Assembly: GCA_027623095.1 (NCBI GenBank)
Contig: JAQBVM010000002.1
Coordinates: forward strand, 1-56,852
Reading direction: 5' to 3'
DNA length: 56,852 bases
Origin: Verrucomicrobiota bacterium
GTDB lineage: Bacteria; Verrucomicrobiota; Verrucomicrobiia; Limisphaerales; SIBE01
The translations under genes were made by a program, and so were the position numbers. Each line of letters starts with the position of its first letter. The stretch's first letter is position 1. A model generated the notes under the pieces. That model was not told the DNA's origin. It did no database searches and was given only the letters and a program-made list of their open reading frames with translations. This document shows, piece by piece, positions 55,409-56,852 of the stretch.

Positions 55409-56803
55409 ATGAACACCAGACTTATGAGAATAATCCTTTCGTTCGCGGCGCTGCTGCTGATCTGCGCCACTCGGCTCGCTCCCGCGGCTCCAGCCAGCCA
55501 GGAGACCTACAACCGCAATTGGCCCCAGTGGCGGGGTCCGGCCGGCAACGGGATTGTTCTGCACGGAAATCCACCTCTCGAATGGAGCGAAGTGAAGAAC
55601 GTGAAATGGAAAACAAAACTCCCCGGAACCGGACATGCCACTCCCGTAATCTGGGAAAACCGCATATTCGTCCTGACCGCAGTGGCCTCGGGCGTACCTG
55701 CCGCGCCAGCGGCAACACCGAATCGCGAACAAGCGCCCGAAGGTCAGAGACGCCGGGGAGGACGCGGCGGGGGCGGTCCCTTGCCAGAACATACATTCCA
55801 AACACTATGCCTGGACCGGAACACAGGGACCGTACTTTGGGAACAGGTCGCTCGCAGAGAGGTGCCGCATCAAAGCGTTCAGCCTTCAAACAGCTTCAGC
55901 TCCGGTTCCCCCGTCACAGACGGCGAGCGCGTGTATGCCTCTTTCGGTTCTTATGGACTTCATTGCTATGACATGGATGGGAAACTGATTTGGGACAAAG
56001 ACCTCGGAAAGGTAAGCGTTACATTCGGCGAAGGATCATCACCCGCGCTCCACGGTGACATTCTAATGGTTGTTCAGGATAACAACGGCGATTCTTACAT
56101 CTACGCGTTTGACAAAAAGACAGGCGCGGAACTGTGGAAAAAAAAGCGCGACGAAGGTTCAGGTTGGACAACCCCGTATTTTATTGAACGGAATGGCAAC
56201 GTCGAAGCGGTGGTCAACGGCTCGAACGCAGTTCGGAGCTACGATCTGAAGACCGGAAATGTGCTGTGGCAATGCTCGGGCCTCGGCTCCAATCCTGTCC
56301 CGATGATCGTTGGAAATGAAAAAATGGTCTTCGCGATGTCCGGCCATCGAAACCCGGCAGCAATTGCAATTGAGCTCGGCGGTTCGGGCGACTTAACCGG
56401 AACCAGCGCTGTGCGATGGAGCACCGATCGAGGAACTCCGTACGTTCCATCTCCACTTCTTTACGGCGATTACCTCTATTTTCTGCAACGAACAGGGCCT
56501 CAACTGAGCTGCGTCGATCCGAATACTGGGAAGTTCCACTATTCCCAGCAACGCCTGTCTGGAATCTCCGGAGTGTATGCGTCACCTGTCGGGGTCCAGG
56601 ATAAGGTCTATTTGGTCGGCCAGAACGGCGCGACCGTTGTTGTAGAAAAATCAAAAGATCTCAAAATTCTCGCCACTAATCTGCTCGAGGACAGTCTCGA
56701 TGCCTCCCCGGCGGTTGTGGGGAATCAACTGTTTCTTCGCGGGCACAATTACCTCTACTGCATTGCGGAGAACCACGGTCTTTTTATTTGGAGCGGTGCT
56801 TGA
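55409..56803 (+). CDS. Secreted PQQ-like (BamB-type) beta-propeller repeat protein
   Basis: Signal peptide MNTRLMRIILSFAALLLICATRLAPA. WPQWRGPAGNG start and repeated G..LW blades typical of PQQ-binding-like propellers. Confidence 0.75.
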   Translation: MNTRLMRIILSFAALLLICATRLAPAAPASQETYNRNWPQWRGPAGNGIVLHGNPPLEWSEVKNVKWKTKLPGTGHATPVIWENRIFVLTAVASGVPAAPAATPNREQAPEGQRRRGGRGGGGPLPEHTFQTLCLDRNTGTVLWEQVARREVPHQSVQPSNSFSSGSPVTDGERVYASFGSYGLHCYDMDGKLIWDKDLGKVSVTFGEGSSPALHGDILMVVQDNNGDSYIYAFDKKTGAELWKKKRDEGSGWTTPYFIERNGNVEAVVNGSNAVRSYDLKTGNVLWQCSGLGSNPVPMIVGNEKMVFAMSGHRNPAAIAIELGGSGDLTGTSAVRWSTDRGTPYVPSPLLYGDYLYFLQRTGPQLSCVDPNTGKFHYSQQRLSGISGVYASPVGVQDKVYLVGQNGATVVVEKSKDLKILATNLLEDSLDASPAVVGNQLFLRGHNYLYCIAENHGLFIWSGA

Positions 56804-56852
56804 CGAGGGCTTGGAAAGGGATTTGGGGATTGTGCTGACATCGCTCTTGTAG

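Overview
This is a 56.9-kb, gene-dense chromosomal segment. All calls come from reading the sequence and translations, with no database search. The gene content points to a PVC-superphylum bacterium, most likely Verrucomicrobiota. It includes a DUF1559-type pseudopilin with a [11 protein letters not shown]-terminus, a PVC-type heme-binding CxxCH protein with a membrane-bound-dehydrogenase domain, DUF1080, FG-GAP, sulfatase and PQQ-like propeller proteins. I support about 44 CDS, one ncRNA (SRP RNA), several terminator hairpins and a dispersed inverted-repeat family. Main blocks: (i) a secreted zincin metalloprotease; (ii) a tightly coupled redoxin/Rieske/YjbQ operon; (iii) an FG-GAP protein convergent with a four-gene secreted propeller/DUF1080/S1 protease operon; (iv) a propeller-sensor histidine kinase with a NarL-type regulator; (v) a nine-gene MoxR-DUF58-Bat (aerotolerance-type) operon; (vi) housekeeping genes (leuB, mgtE, tilS, phoH-ybeY-recO, ffs-dnaX-ybaB-recR). 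No mobile element with a transposase, prophage, CRISPR array or recognisable defence system was seen. The best lead is that the redoxin's two ORF-track fragments are joined by a single in-frame TGA. That TGA sits at the catalytic Cys position of the W-C-P-F-C motif and is followed by a SECIS-like hairpin, so this is probably a selenocysteine-containing exported redoxin heading a small redox operon. Other leads are a roughly 40-nt REP/MITE-like repeat present as inverted pairs (one inside the Bat operon) and an SRP RNA that the ORF track hides under a false dnaX extension.
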